Shown here one piece after another: positions 9,779-18,514 of a stretch of 32,000 nucleotides of DNA. Each line of letters starts with the position of its first letter. Position 1 is the first letter of the stretch. The translations under genes were made by a program, and so were the position numbers. The notes beneath the pieces were generated by a model. It was not told the origin of the DNA. It did not search any database and worked only from the letters and a program-made list of their open reading frames with translations. The stretch lies in assembly GCA_030606485.1 (NCBI GenBank), contig JAUWGH010000011.1, positions 33,414 to 65,413 of the forward strand. Reading direction: 5' to 3'. The DNA is from Promethearchaeota archaeon (GTDB taxonomy: Archaea; Asgardarchaeota; Lokiarchaeia; Sigyniarchaeales; SOKP01).

Positions 9779-10726
9779 GTGGAGCAATTGGATTCCTTAG
9801 GATTAGTAATTAAAGATGAATTATTGCGATTTTTAGAAAAAGAATTTGAAAGTAGCAAGCTTAACCTTCTTCCTGAGAAATATAAGGGTGGAAAAATATT
9901 TTCTCATCCATTAATAGGCGTTGCTCAAGGTAATGATCCTATTTTTCAAAAGTTCAAAGAAGTTGTAGGTCCGGAACATCTAACACCTCTAGAAATGTGG
10001 GTAGGAAGTGGTCAAGATCAATTGTCAGCGTCTGACCTTTATGTAGTATCTATGGTGTTTCCTTTTACTGATAAGATTCGCAGGGAAAGTAATAATCCAA
10101 TTGTATTGCCTCGAATAACATTACCAGCTGAAACTTATTCTGTTGCTAGAAATTATGGTAATGTATTCAAAAGGGATATAATGAAGCAAACAATTAATTT
10201 TTTAAAGGAAAAAGGTTATAATGCCGTATCTGGGATGTCCTGTGATGCTTATTCAGTTATTTTGAAAGGAAAATTTTATTCTACTTGGTCTGAAAGATAT
10301 ATTGCTTTTGCTGCGGGATTAGGAACCTTCGGTTTGCATGAAGGACTAATTACTGAAGTAGGGTGTAATATTCGATTAGCCTCAGTGGTCACTAATGCCC
10401 CAATTAAAGTTTCTCGAAGAAAGAGTGATGAACCTTACTCAAATTGTTTATATTATGCAAAAGGAACTTGCAAAGAATGTGCGAAAAAGTGCCCTGCAAA
10501 TGCGATTACAGAAAAAGGACATAATAAAACAAAATGTAATAAATATCGCTGGAAGGTTGCAAGAAAAATGATACCACGTCTTGGTTCAATTCTGAAGCCT
10601 GATTCCCGCCGTATTAACTGGAAATTAAAAGAAGATATTTTCCTTGTAGGTTGTGAATTTTGTCAATTTGGAGTCCAATGTACGGATAAAAACCCTATGG
10701 TCAGTGACTACTTAGATTTTGATTGA
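9779..10726 (+). CDS. epoxyqueuosine reductase (QueG)/reductive-dehalogenase-like 4Fe-4S protein
   Basis: WSERYIAFAAGLGTFG, RLASVVT, CKECAKKCPANAI, GCEFCQFGVQC. Confidence 0.8.
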   Translation: MEQLDSLGLVIKDELLRFLEKEFESSKLNLLPEKYKGGKIFSHPLIGVAQGNDPIFQKFKEVVGPEHLTPLEMWVGSGQDQLSASDLYVVSMVFPFTDKIRRESNNPIVLPRITLPAETYSVARNYGNVFKRDIMKQTINFLKEKGYNAVSGMSCDAYSVILKGKFYSTWSERYIAFAAGLGTFGLHEGLITEVGCNIRLASVVTNAPIKVSRRKSDEPYSNCLYYAKGTCKECAKKCPANAITEKGHNKTKCNKYRWKVARKMIPRLGSILKPDSRRINWKLKEDIFLVGCEFCQFGVQCTDKNPMVSDYLDFD

Positions 10727-11499
10727 GATTGATGCTTAAACCAGGTTACTACTGATTCAACCGTCTTCTCAAAAGCTTTGGGATCTGTAAGTTTATGATC
10801 TGCTCCTTCGATAACAATAAGCTCCTTAGGCTCTTTAGCCAATTCGAAAAGGCGGTGAACCCCCGCCAAATCTATTCCTTCATCTGCATCTCCTGCAATT
10901 ATAAGCAGTGGACGGGGAGCAATACTTAAAACCTCCCGAATAGGATTTAACTTTTTCGAATCCTCCAGCATACTTTCAAGGATTTCTTTGCTAATATCTG
11001 GATCACTCAATCCATGCATTTCGTCTGGTGAATTTTGCACCAAGTCTTCTACAGCGAGTTGAATAAGGGGGGAACGAGCAAATGCAAGCGTGTCATACAC
11101 AGGTGCCCGAAGGCATACCACACTAATTCGATTATCGCGAACCGCAGCCAACACAGCTACAGCTCCACCATAACTAGCCCCATATACTCCAATCCAGTTT
11201 TTAACTGAGTAATCAGACTCTAGCAGATGAGAAACAGCATTTCGGGCGTCTTTAACTTCTCGGGCAAGACTGAAATATCCTTCACTCCGACGGAATCCCC
11301 TAAAATCAAACGTTAAAACTAGGAAACCGGCTTCCGCTAGTCGAGAGGCTATACCATGCACTTGATCAGGAGACCCTGGAAGCCCATGAAATTTACATAT
11401 CCCCGGAAATGGTCCATCGCCCTCTGGAACTAAAAAGTTTCCCCTCAGCAACTGCCCCTCTGAATGAAATTCGGTTGGAATAAGACGGAAATTCGACAA
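10708..11499 (-). CDS. alpha/beta hydrolase (S9/esterase-like)
   Basis: FHG, FDFRGF..SEG, GASYGG, GDADE, GADH. Confidence 0.88.
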   Translation of the reverse strand: MSNFRLIPTEFHSEGQLLRGNFLVPEGDGPFPGICKFHGLPGSPDQVHGIASRLAEAGFLVLTFDFRGFRRSEGYFSLAREVKDARNAVSHLLESDYSVKNWIGVYGASYGGAVAVLAAVRDNRISVVCLRAPVYDTLAFARSPLIQLAVEDLVQNSPDEMHGLSDPDISKEILESMLEDSKKLNPIREVLSIAPRPLLIIAGDADEGIDLAGVHRLFELAKEPKELIVIEGADHKLTDPKAFEKTVESVVTWFKHQSQSKSK

Positions 11500-11597
11500 T
11501 TAGTTTTCACTCTTCAAATTTTGTTCTCATATGATTGAGAGAATCCTATTAATTATTGATAAATTTTACTATAAATTTGTATTTGCTTATCTTTTTA

Positions 11598-11754
11598 TAA
11601 TAATTTCCTTTTTGGTTTCATTTTTCTCTATATAACAACTTTCGCAAATACCTTGACAAACATTTATAATTTTAATTTCAAATCTTTTACTATGTCAGAA
11701 ACATCCAAAAAATTTTCAACCCCAGTATCAATAGCATTAATTATTCTTGGCGAT
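11598..11754 (+). pseudogene. promoter plus first 21 codons of the 12442 ICMT-family gene (shard 1)
   Basis: ataacaactttcgcaaata..ttgacaaacatttataattttaa..ATG TCA GAA ACA TCC AAA (ATG 11692) gives MSETSKKFSTPVSIALIILGD versus MSKTSKKFSTPVLIAIIIFAD. Confidence 0.88.
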
Positions 11755-12026
11755 CACTCCTATCAATTTGCGTTTGGTATTCAAATTTTTGCACACTCAT
11801 TATAATTTTATTTTTAACAGTCTAATATTTATAAGATGTAGATTTAAATTTTTGCCACTTTTTATTACACTTCTATAGATTGCTTTTTTATAAGTATCTT
11901 CCATAGGTATCATTATCTATATTTATTCATTCTATGGTAAAGTAAATTATTTTACAGAAATATATATAAATTCGAGTGGGTTTATTTATAAACGTAATAA
12001 AATAACACAAAAAAAAGGGTGTGAAA

Positions 12027-12308
12027 ATGCCAAAATTTATTGTAATTCATACAATACCGAAAAAACAAATTGAACAAATGGCCGAAATTCCTCCTGAGAA
12101 AAATACCATGATTATTAATGCGAGAAAAAATCAAAATTTTGATGCCTATTGGGTTAGAAGCTGGGTGGTTCCAGATCAAGATAAGTTATATTGTGAATGG
12201 AATGCTAAAGATGAAGAATCAATCCGAAAAGCATGGGAGAGTGTGAAAGGAATTGGAATTGACTCCATCAATGAAATGCAAATAATAGACGCAGAAGATT
12301 ATAGGTAA
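12027..12308 (+). CDS. DUF4242 (SCO4226-like) small ferredoxin-fold protein
   Basis: MPKFIVIH..., WVRSWV, KLYCEWNAKDEESIRK pattern. Confidence 0.75.
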   Translation: MPKFIVIHTIPKKQIEQMAEIPPEKNTMIINARKNQNFDAYWVRSWVVPDQDKLYCEWNAKDEESIRKAWESVKGIGIDSINEMQIIDAEDYR

Positions 12309-12441
12309 AAATGATTTTATCTTAAATAATAATAAAAATTTTTTTTAAAAATTTCTTTTTTGTTTTTTATATTTCTCTACATAACAACTTTCGCAAATAT
12401 CTTGACAAACCTTTATAATATTAATTTTCAAATCTTTAACT

Positions 12442-13134
12442 ATGTCAAAAACATCCAAAAAATTTTCAACCCCAGTATTAATTGCCATAATTATTTTTGC
12501 CGATGTAATGCAAGCGTTGCCTTTGATACTCCTCTCTGGAAACTTTCTCTGGATTGAAATGTGGATTTATCTATTAATATTTACCATTTTCATGACTTAT
12601 TCTATGTTTTGGTTAAGAAAAAACAACCCCCAATTACTTGAAAGTAGAACCTCAATGAAAGGGTCGTCGGGTTCAGATAAAATCATTCTGTCTTTACTCG
12701 GCGTTGTGTGTATTGTTTATTTTTTTGTAGTTAGTCTAGACGGTGGAAGATTTCATTGGTCATTGGTTCCAGTCTTAGTAAAAATACTTGGATTCATTGG
12801 TGTAGCTCTTGGGTTAATTATTATATTTCTAGTTATGAAAGAAAATGCTTACGCTTCAAAAGTTCTGAGAATAGATAAAGAGGGAGGACAAAAAGTAATT
12901 ACTACGGGACCATATGCTGTTGTGCGACATCCAATGTATACCGGGTTTATATTAATGTTTTCTGGATTAACCATCGCATTGGGCTCCCTTTTTGGTCTTA
13001 TTCCAACAGCAATATTAGCCATCTTAATAATAATACGAATTCCTCTTGAAGAAAAACTATTACACGAAGGACTCGAAGGATATACTGAATACACAGAGAA
13101 AGTAAAATGTAGATTAATTCCAAAGATTTGGTAG
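12442..13134 (+). CDS. isoprenylcysteine carboxyl methyltransferase family protein (intact copy)
   Basis: VMKENAYAS, QKVITTGPYAVVRHPMYTG, EEKLL..GLEGY.EY..KV..RLIP. Confidence 0.92.
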   Translation: MSKTSKKFSTPVLIAIIIFADVMQALPLILLSGNFLWIEMWIYLLIFTIFMTYSMFWLRKNNPQLLESRTSMKGSSGSDKIILSLLGVVCIVYFFVVSLDGGRFHWSLVPVLVKILGFIGVALGLIIIFLVMKENAYASKVLRIDKEGGQKVITTGPYAVVRHPMYTGFILMFSGLTIALGSLFGLIPTAILAILIIIRIPLEEKLLHEGLEGYTEYTEKVKCRLIPKIW

Positions 13135-13591
13135 AATATTAGTAAAGGGGGTTTTAATGTAATGGCAAATAATATAAATTACAATTTTTTTTTAATATTC
13201 TCTATTTACAATTGGGTTATTTATCAGATTTAATAAGTTTTTTCCTACTTTAGGATTGGCAAGACTAATTGACCCAGAAGGAGGATTCATAGGAAAGTAC
13301 AGCCCTTTAGATAAGTAATGCCCAAAATTCCTTAACAGTTTCAGCTACTTACTTGAAATCAAAAAATAAGTATCAATTTTAGATAATACTCCCGTAGACT
13401 AATTGATGGATGTAAGTAAGTAAAAAAAGGGATTTATAAGACAAAACATTTCTATTCTATTTTAGAAATTAACTTTCAGAATAAACCAATTTTGTTTAAT
13501 TAAATTTGTTTCATAACATTTTAATCATTTTATTCTTTATTGGATTACACAAGGGCTTTAATGATGGAAAAGTTTCGGTTATTAAACCAGC

Positions 13592-13675
13592 TTTATTATT
13601 GATATTTATTTTTATTTTTTCAAGACTTTCCTTTTCTCATCGTCTTTTTTCTTCTTTTTTCTTTTCAGCTTCTAG
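13592..13675 (-). pseudogene. decayed C-terminal extension of the WD40 gene
   Basis: In frame after the WD40 TGA: LEAEKKKEEKRR*EKESLEKIK...; EKESLEKIK is identical to the linker of the LRR protein at 21265-22560. Confidence 0.6.
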
Positions 13676-14581
13676 TCACTTCTCTTTTATTTCTAATAAC
13701 TCCCACACTTTTACCATTTTATCATATGATCCGCTGACTATGTAGTTTCCATCTGGAGAAACCGCAACCGAAAATACATCAGCTTTATGCCCCCTAAGAG
13801 TGCGAATGAGCCTTCCCGTTCCTAATTCCCACACTTTTACCGTTATGTCCACTGGCCCTGCTCCGCTGACTATGTAGTTTCCATCGGGAGAAACCGCAAC
13901 CGATAACACCTCATCTTCATGCCCTTCAAGAGTGCGAACGAGCATTCCCGTCCCTAACTCCCACACTTTTACCATTTTGTCCCATGATCCGCTGACTATG
14001 TAGTTTCCATCGGGAGAGACCGCAACCGAACTCACATCAGCTTTATGCCCTTTAAGAGTGCGAATGAGTCTTCCCGTCCCTAATTCCCACACTTTTATCG
14101 TTTTATCAACTGATCCACTGACTATGTAGTTTCCATCGGGAGAGACCGCAACCGAATCCACAGGACTTTCATCCTCTTTAAGAGTGCGAACGAGCCTTCC
14201 CGTCCCTAATTCCCACACTTTTACCGTTGCGTCCAATGATCCGCTGACCATGTAATTTCCATCAGGAGAGACCGCAACCGAATTCGCCCAACTTTCATGC
14301 CCTTCAAGAGTGCGAACGAGCCTTCCCGTTCTTAATTCCCATACTTTTATCTTTTTGTCAGATGATCCGCTGACTATGTAGATTCCATCGGGAGAGACCG
14401 CAACCGAATACACACCACCTTCATGCCCTTTAAGAGTGCGAACGAGCATTCCCGTCCCTAATCTCCACACCTTTATCGTTTTATCAACTGATCCACTGAC
14501 TATGTAGTTTCCATCGGGAGAGACCACAACCGACAACACAGTACCTTCATGCCCTTTAAGGGTGCGAATAGACAGTTCCAT
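13676..14581 (-). CDS. WD40 beta-propeller protein, 7 highly similar blades
   Basis: Seven TLxGH/D..V.SVAVSPDGNYIVSGSxDKxxKVWELGTG repeats of 42 aa. Confidence 0.95.
   Translation of the reverse strand: MELSIRTLKGHEGTVLSVVVSPDGNYIVSGSVDKTIKVWRLGTGMLVRTLKGHEGGVYSVAVSPDGIYIVSGSSDKKIKVWELRTGRLVRTLEGHESWANSVAVSPDGNYMVSGSLDATVKVWELGTGRLVRTLKEDESPVDSVAVSPDGNYIVSGSVDKTIKVWELGTGRLIRTLKGHKADVSSVAVSPDGNYIVSGSWDKMVKVWELGTGMLVRTLEGHEDEVLSVAVSPDGNYIVSGAGPVDITVKVWELGTGRLIRTLRGHKADVFSVAVSPDGNYIVSGSYDKMVKVWELLEIKEK
13690..14575. repeat. 126-bp tandem intragenic repeat, 7 units
   Basis: Near-identical units; 54 bp at 14094-14147 are identical to 14472-14525 (offset 378 = 3x126). Confidence 0.95.
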
Positions 14582-14864
14582 TATTTTTCCCTTTATATCT
14601 TAAAACATTAATTAAATTAAATTAGAAAAAATATAATTCTAAACATGTACTCTTTCAATAGAATTAATACTTTAGATACTTATAAAGTTTATAACATTCT
14701 ATTTACTTATCATTTTACCTTGAAGTTGCAGAATTATTTAATCCCAATTACAAATTTAATTTCTTTTGTTAATTCTTATGGATATATTTAAATATTTTTT
14801 TGTTGAGTTAGAATATTTTAGCAATGTTTCAGAAAATTTTTGCAAATGCAAGAGACAATATTCA

Positions 14865-14929
14865 GAATATACTGAATACACAGAGAAAGTAAAATATAGA
14901 TTAATTCCACAGATTTCCGTAGAATATTA
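14865..14929 (+). pseudogene. 3'-terminal shard of the 12442 ICMT-family gene
   Basis: gaatatactgaatacacagagaaagtaaaatatagattaattccacagatttccgtagaatatta matches the end of the intact gene at about 13078-13141 (EYTEYTEKVKYRLIPQI versus GYTEYTEKVKCRLIPKIW). Confidence 0.85.
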
Positions 14930-15005
14930 AAAAAATCTTTCATTATTTAATTTGCGGGGCTTAATATACAAAAGAATTGACATATTATCCATTTTGTGGT
15001 TCTTA

Positions 15006-15413
15006 CTAAAAAAATTCAGATAACCTAAGTTCTGTTGCATCTTCACCATCCAAATTAGGTCCTGGAAAGAGAAAAGGGGAAAGTCCAGCTCCCAATCCAG
15101 CTCCTAAACGAGGATATCTGATTGTTGATAGAACTAATATTCGATTTTTGCCCGCAGCCATTATGAGGATTAAGCCATTATCTCCCTCAATCATAATTCT
15201 CTTTAGATTTCCACGAACAACCTCTAAAACCCCACGTTCTCCTAATGAAAATATCGCAGCGGTCATAGCGGCAATTTTTGTATCATCGATCGCCTCGGGA
15301 AAAACACTTACAATAAGGGACCCCTCTATTGAAACAATTGCTCCAGCCTCAACGTCAGGATTGGACTTAACCAATCTTTTTAATTCTCGCTTAAGTGATT
15401 TTAAATCATCCAT
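15006..15413 (-). CDS. roadblock/LC7 domain protein, copy A (long C-terminal tail)
   Basis: VEAGAIVSIEG, IAAMTAAIFSLGER, LKRIMIEGDNGLILIMAAG: MglB/Robl_LC7 pattern. Confidence 0.88.
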   Translation of the reverse strand: MDDLKSLKRELKRLVKSNPDVEAGAIVSIEGSLIVSVFPEAIDDTKIAAMTAAIFSLGERGVLEVVRGNLKRIMIEGDNGLILIMAAGKNRILVLSTIRYPRLGAGLGAGLSPFLFPGPNLDGEDATELRLSEFF

Positions 15414-15544
15414 TAATTTCTCATTGGATCATTATTTCTCAAATTTATATAAAAATAAATTTAGAAGATAAGTTATTTAATAATTGTGATAGGAACTAAA
15501 TAAAATTTATTAATGTTTTATTCAATCTTATTTCCGCAATTTTT
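15089..15544. repeat. ~455-bp dispersed duplication (roadblock gene, upstream region and 3' end of preceding zinc-ribbon gene); partner at 25065-25519
   Basis: Near-identical by eye over the CDS and the upstream intergenic region; offset about 9975. Confidence 0.92.
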
Positions 15545-15627
15545 CGGATCTTTTTATCTTTCTAGAGACTTTAATATCTTTTAGCAAAATTCTCAATATC
15601 ATATTTCATTCAGTACTATCTTTTTCT

Positions 15628-15789
15628 TTATTGCTCAATTTCTTTCGAAGTTTTTATTAAGTTATCTATACCCAACCATGTTGGATGTGTAAAGTGATGT
15701 AGCGTAATTATTGGTTCCTTTCTTGCTTTAAATATGATTTCTACAATTTTTGCATAGTGATCAACAACCTCATAATCATTCTGATCTGA
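15628..15789 (-). pseudogene. glycoside hydrolase family 1 (beta-glucosidase) internal fragment
   Basis: Stop-bounded frame SDQNDYEVVDHYAKIVEIIFKARKEPIITLHHFTHPTWLGIDNLIKTSKEIEQ*; HY..I....EP.ITLHHFT.P.W is the GH1 motif; no start and no remainder of the gene. Confidence 0.75.
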
Positions 15790-15977
15790 TTAAAGAAAGT
15801 CGGGATAATTGAAAAATTTGGAGGATAAAATTATACAAAAAATATTAAAATATTAATTTCATTTCCATTAGACAAAAAATACTTAACAAAAATGTAAGGT
15901 TTATATATTAAAAGATTTTATAGTTCTTTACTTCAAAATATAATTTTAATAAAAATATAATAAGAAAGGTAAAAATT

Positions 15978-16298
15978 ATGCCATATGTTGTTATAAAGAC
16001 TTGGTTTCCAACTAATAAAGCAAATGAAGTTGCAAAAATATATATTGAAGAGCGTAAGAAATATCCTTTTGATAGATCTCTAGGAAAAGAAGTTGTAACT
16101 GCTGTTTCGACAGATGAAAATGGTATAATATCCATGGGTGTTATAGATGTAAAAGAAGGCAAACTTGAAGAAACTCTAGCCCGAGATAATAACATTTTTG
16201 TAATGTACCTTAACATCGAAGGATATAACCGTAAGCAGGAAGTTTGGTCGACTGCTGTAGAAGCCTTGACATTATTAGGAATGAAAGCGCCAGAATAA
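15978..16298 (+). CDS. hypothetical small alpha/beta protein
   Basis: 106-aa ORF with SD-like AAGGT upstream and T-run downstream. Confidence 0.75.
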   Translation: MPYVVIKTWFPTNKANEVAKIYIEERKKYPFDRSLGKEVVTAVSTDENGIISMGVIDVKEGKLEETLARDNNIFVMYLNIEGYNRKQEVWSTAVEALTLLGMKAPE

Positions 16299-16507
16299 TT
16301 ATTTAATATCTAATTTCTTTTTTTTCTTTATCTTTTCCTAATTTATTAGATTTTTTTAAAAAAATTTTTAAGATTTCAAAATTGAACTTTATTTTTTTAT
16401 AAATTTAATTTCAAAAGCAGCTAATAATTTTTTATAAAAAACAATAAATTTACCTAGACCAATAAATATATTTCCACTTTCTATCGAGCATTAACTTTGT
16501 TAGCTAA

Positions 16508-16792
16508 ATAATTATTTTTTTGGTTTCATATTTCCCTACATAACAACTTTCGCAAATATATTGGAAAACATTTATAATTTTAATTTTCAAATCTTTAACT
16601 ATGTCAAAAATATCCAAAAAATTTTCATCCCCAGTAATGAAGGGTTCGCCGAGGGCAGGTAAAATCATTCTGTCTTTACTCATTGTTGTGGCTATCGTTT
16701 ATTTTATAGTAGTTAGTCTGGACGATGGAAGATTTTATTGGTCATTTGTTCCGGTCTTAGTAAAAATCCTTGAAAAAGTAAAAGAGGTGTAA
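16508..16792 (+). pseudogene. ICMT-family shard 3: promoter plus internally deleted mini-ORF (16601-16792)
   Basis: MSKISKKFSSPV joined in frame to MKGSPRAGKIILSLL..VSLDDGRFYWSFVPVLVKIL, i.e. residues 1-12 fused to about residue 73 onward of the intact gene, then truncated. Confidence 0.88.
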
Positions 16793-16797
16793 AATTT

Positions 16798-17583
16798 TTG
16801 GCAGAAATTGCTATTGCATTGTTATCTCCTATCGCTAGTTTTATAGGGAAAATGATAGTAAAGAAAATTAAAAAGAAAATAGACCAAAAATTAATTAAGA
16901 TTAATGTGAAAAGTCCAGATTATAATGGAACAGCAAATCACTGGGTTACCTATCTTGACGAGCGTATCAAAACCGAACAAGAAAAACAATTTCAATATGC
17001 CTATCTTGGAGATGATATCCAAACTTCAATTGAGAAAGATAATAAAGTCTCAACCATAAAAATTCAAGTGCCTAATGTAGATAAGGATGCTTTAAAGGAA
17101 CTTATGTTAAAAAAACAATGGAATAATCAAAATGATCCAATTCATGGAAATGGTGTTTTTAATCTGGCCCTCCCCCAAATTACTCACGCGAATTTAGAAG
17201 GAGATACATATCAAATCCAGTATCTAAATCTATCCTCGATTCCTCTAAATGGTAAATATCTGTTTACTACTAAATTAGAATCCTTAAGTTTTGAAAAATA
17301 TGACCCTGATGAGTTCTATAAACATGGAGGGACCTTTGAAATCCCAATTTATCTAGAAAAATCAACACCAGATTATCATGTTTACCCAATCACACCTCCA
17401 GCGCCAAAAATTCCAGATTATGCTATTAAAACAAAAATCATTAAAGAAAAAATTATCCCATCCATTGAAGAAACTCAAGTTTTTGTATTCTGCCCATTTT
17501 GTGGAGCTAGAATGCCAAAATCTAAAGATCTTAAATTCTGTTTATCATGTGGGAAAAATATTGAACAACATCTTAATTTTTAA
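16798..17583 (+). CDS. hypothetical protein with C-terminal double zinc ribbon
   Basis: GAGGTG SD before TTG; C-terminal CPFCG...FCLSCG. Confidence 0.75.
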   Translation: MAEIAIALLSPIASFIGKMIVKKIKKKIDQKLIKINVKSPDYNGTANHWVTYLDERIKTEQEKQFQYAYLGDDIQTSIEKDNKVSTIKIQVPNVDKDALKELMLKKQWNNQNDPIHGNGVFNLALPQITHANLEGDTYQIQYLNLSSIPLNGKYLFTTKLESLSFEKYDPDEFYKHGGTFEIPIYLEKSTPDYHVYPITPPAPKIPDYAIKTKIIKEKIIPSIEETQVFVFCPFCGARMPKSKDLKFCLSCGKNIEQHLNF

Positions 17584-17602
17584 CTGTTAAGGATTAGTTT
17601 AA

Positions 17603-18514
17603 ATGACAAAAACTGAAAAATTATTATCTCAGGCAAAAAAATTTGAAATAGAACATCAATTTGAAAAAGCTGCTACACTTTATATAAAAGCGGCCCAAAT
17701 ATCGTTAAATAAGGGTAATTTGAAAACAGCTACAATTGGGTTTAGTAAGGGGGCAGATTGCTTATATGGTGCTAGAAAAATCAGCAATGGACTAAAATAT
17801 TCTCAACAGGCTTTAGAAATTATCAATAAATTAAATGATTTGAGTGGAAAAGCCGCTATATTGAATAATATTGGAAGAATATTACGTGAGAGTGATGATC
17901 TTGATGAAGCTCTTATGTACTTTAAACGTGCCTTGGAAATTGACGAACAATTAGAAGACTTTATAGGAATAGGTATCAGATTAACTAATATCGCAGAAAT
18001 TCAAGGCAAAAAGGGAGAATTCAGCGAAGCTCTCAAGAACTATCGAAGCGCTATAGTAGTTGTAGAATATACTGGTGATTTGAAGGTTAACGCCGCTATA
18101 TTAAATAATATCGGACTATTATTACACGAGCAAGGCGAATTTGGCGATGCACTCGAATCTTATCTTAAAGCTTTGGAAATTGATGACTTACTAGGGGATT
18201 TAAGGACAAAAGCTATACATTTAACTAACATTGGAGAGCTTTTAGGTGATATGGGCAGGATCGATGAAGGTCTTGAGCACTGGCAACAAGCTTTAAAAAT
18301 AATGGAAGATTTGGACGAAATTATAGATAAAGTTGCTCTATTAAGCCAATTTGGTGAAAAACTAATTAATAAAGATGATTCCGCAAAAGGTTTTGAATAC
18401 TTATTAAAGGCTAGAGAAATTGCCAATAGTGTGAGAAATCCAAATCAAAAAGCATTTCTTTTAGAAAAAATCAACACAATTTTACGAGATAAAGGATTTA
18501 ATTTTCAAACTTAA
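17603..18514 (+). CDS. TPR protein (SNAP-like N-terminus plus 5 x 40-aa TPR)
   Basis: Repeats L.D...KA.ILNNIG......GE..EAL..Y..ALEI. Confidence 0.9.
   Translation: MTKTEKLLSQAKKFEIEHQFEKAATLYIKAAQISLNKGNLKTATIGFSKGADCLYGARKISNGLKYSQQALEIINKLNDLSGKAAILNNIGRILRESDDLDEALMYFKRALEIDEQLEDFIGIGIRLTNIAEIQGKKGEFSEALKNYRSAIVVVEYTGDLKVNAAILNNIGLLLHEQGEFGDALESYLKALEIDDLLGDLRTKAIHLTNIGELLGDMGRIDEGLEHWQQALKIMEDLDEIIDKVALLSQFGEKLINKDDSAKGFEYLLKAREIANSVRNPNQKAFLLEKINTILRDKGFNFQT

Noticed and set aside
13200-13320. Short frames (e.g. FPTLGLARLIDPEGGFIGKYSPLDK* on plus; PPSGSISL on minus, faintly like the FAD gene)
   Set aside because: Too short and too weak to assign
13637-13678. Selenocysteine or stop-codon readthrough at the two TGA codons after WD40
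   Set aside because: The context is a charged linker, not a redox site; no SECIS-like hairpin was seen and homology decays soon after; nonsense mutation is simpler
13690-14575. CRISPR-like appearance of the regular repeat
   Set aside because: 126-bp period with continuous coding identity and no unique spacers; it is the WD40 gene
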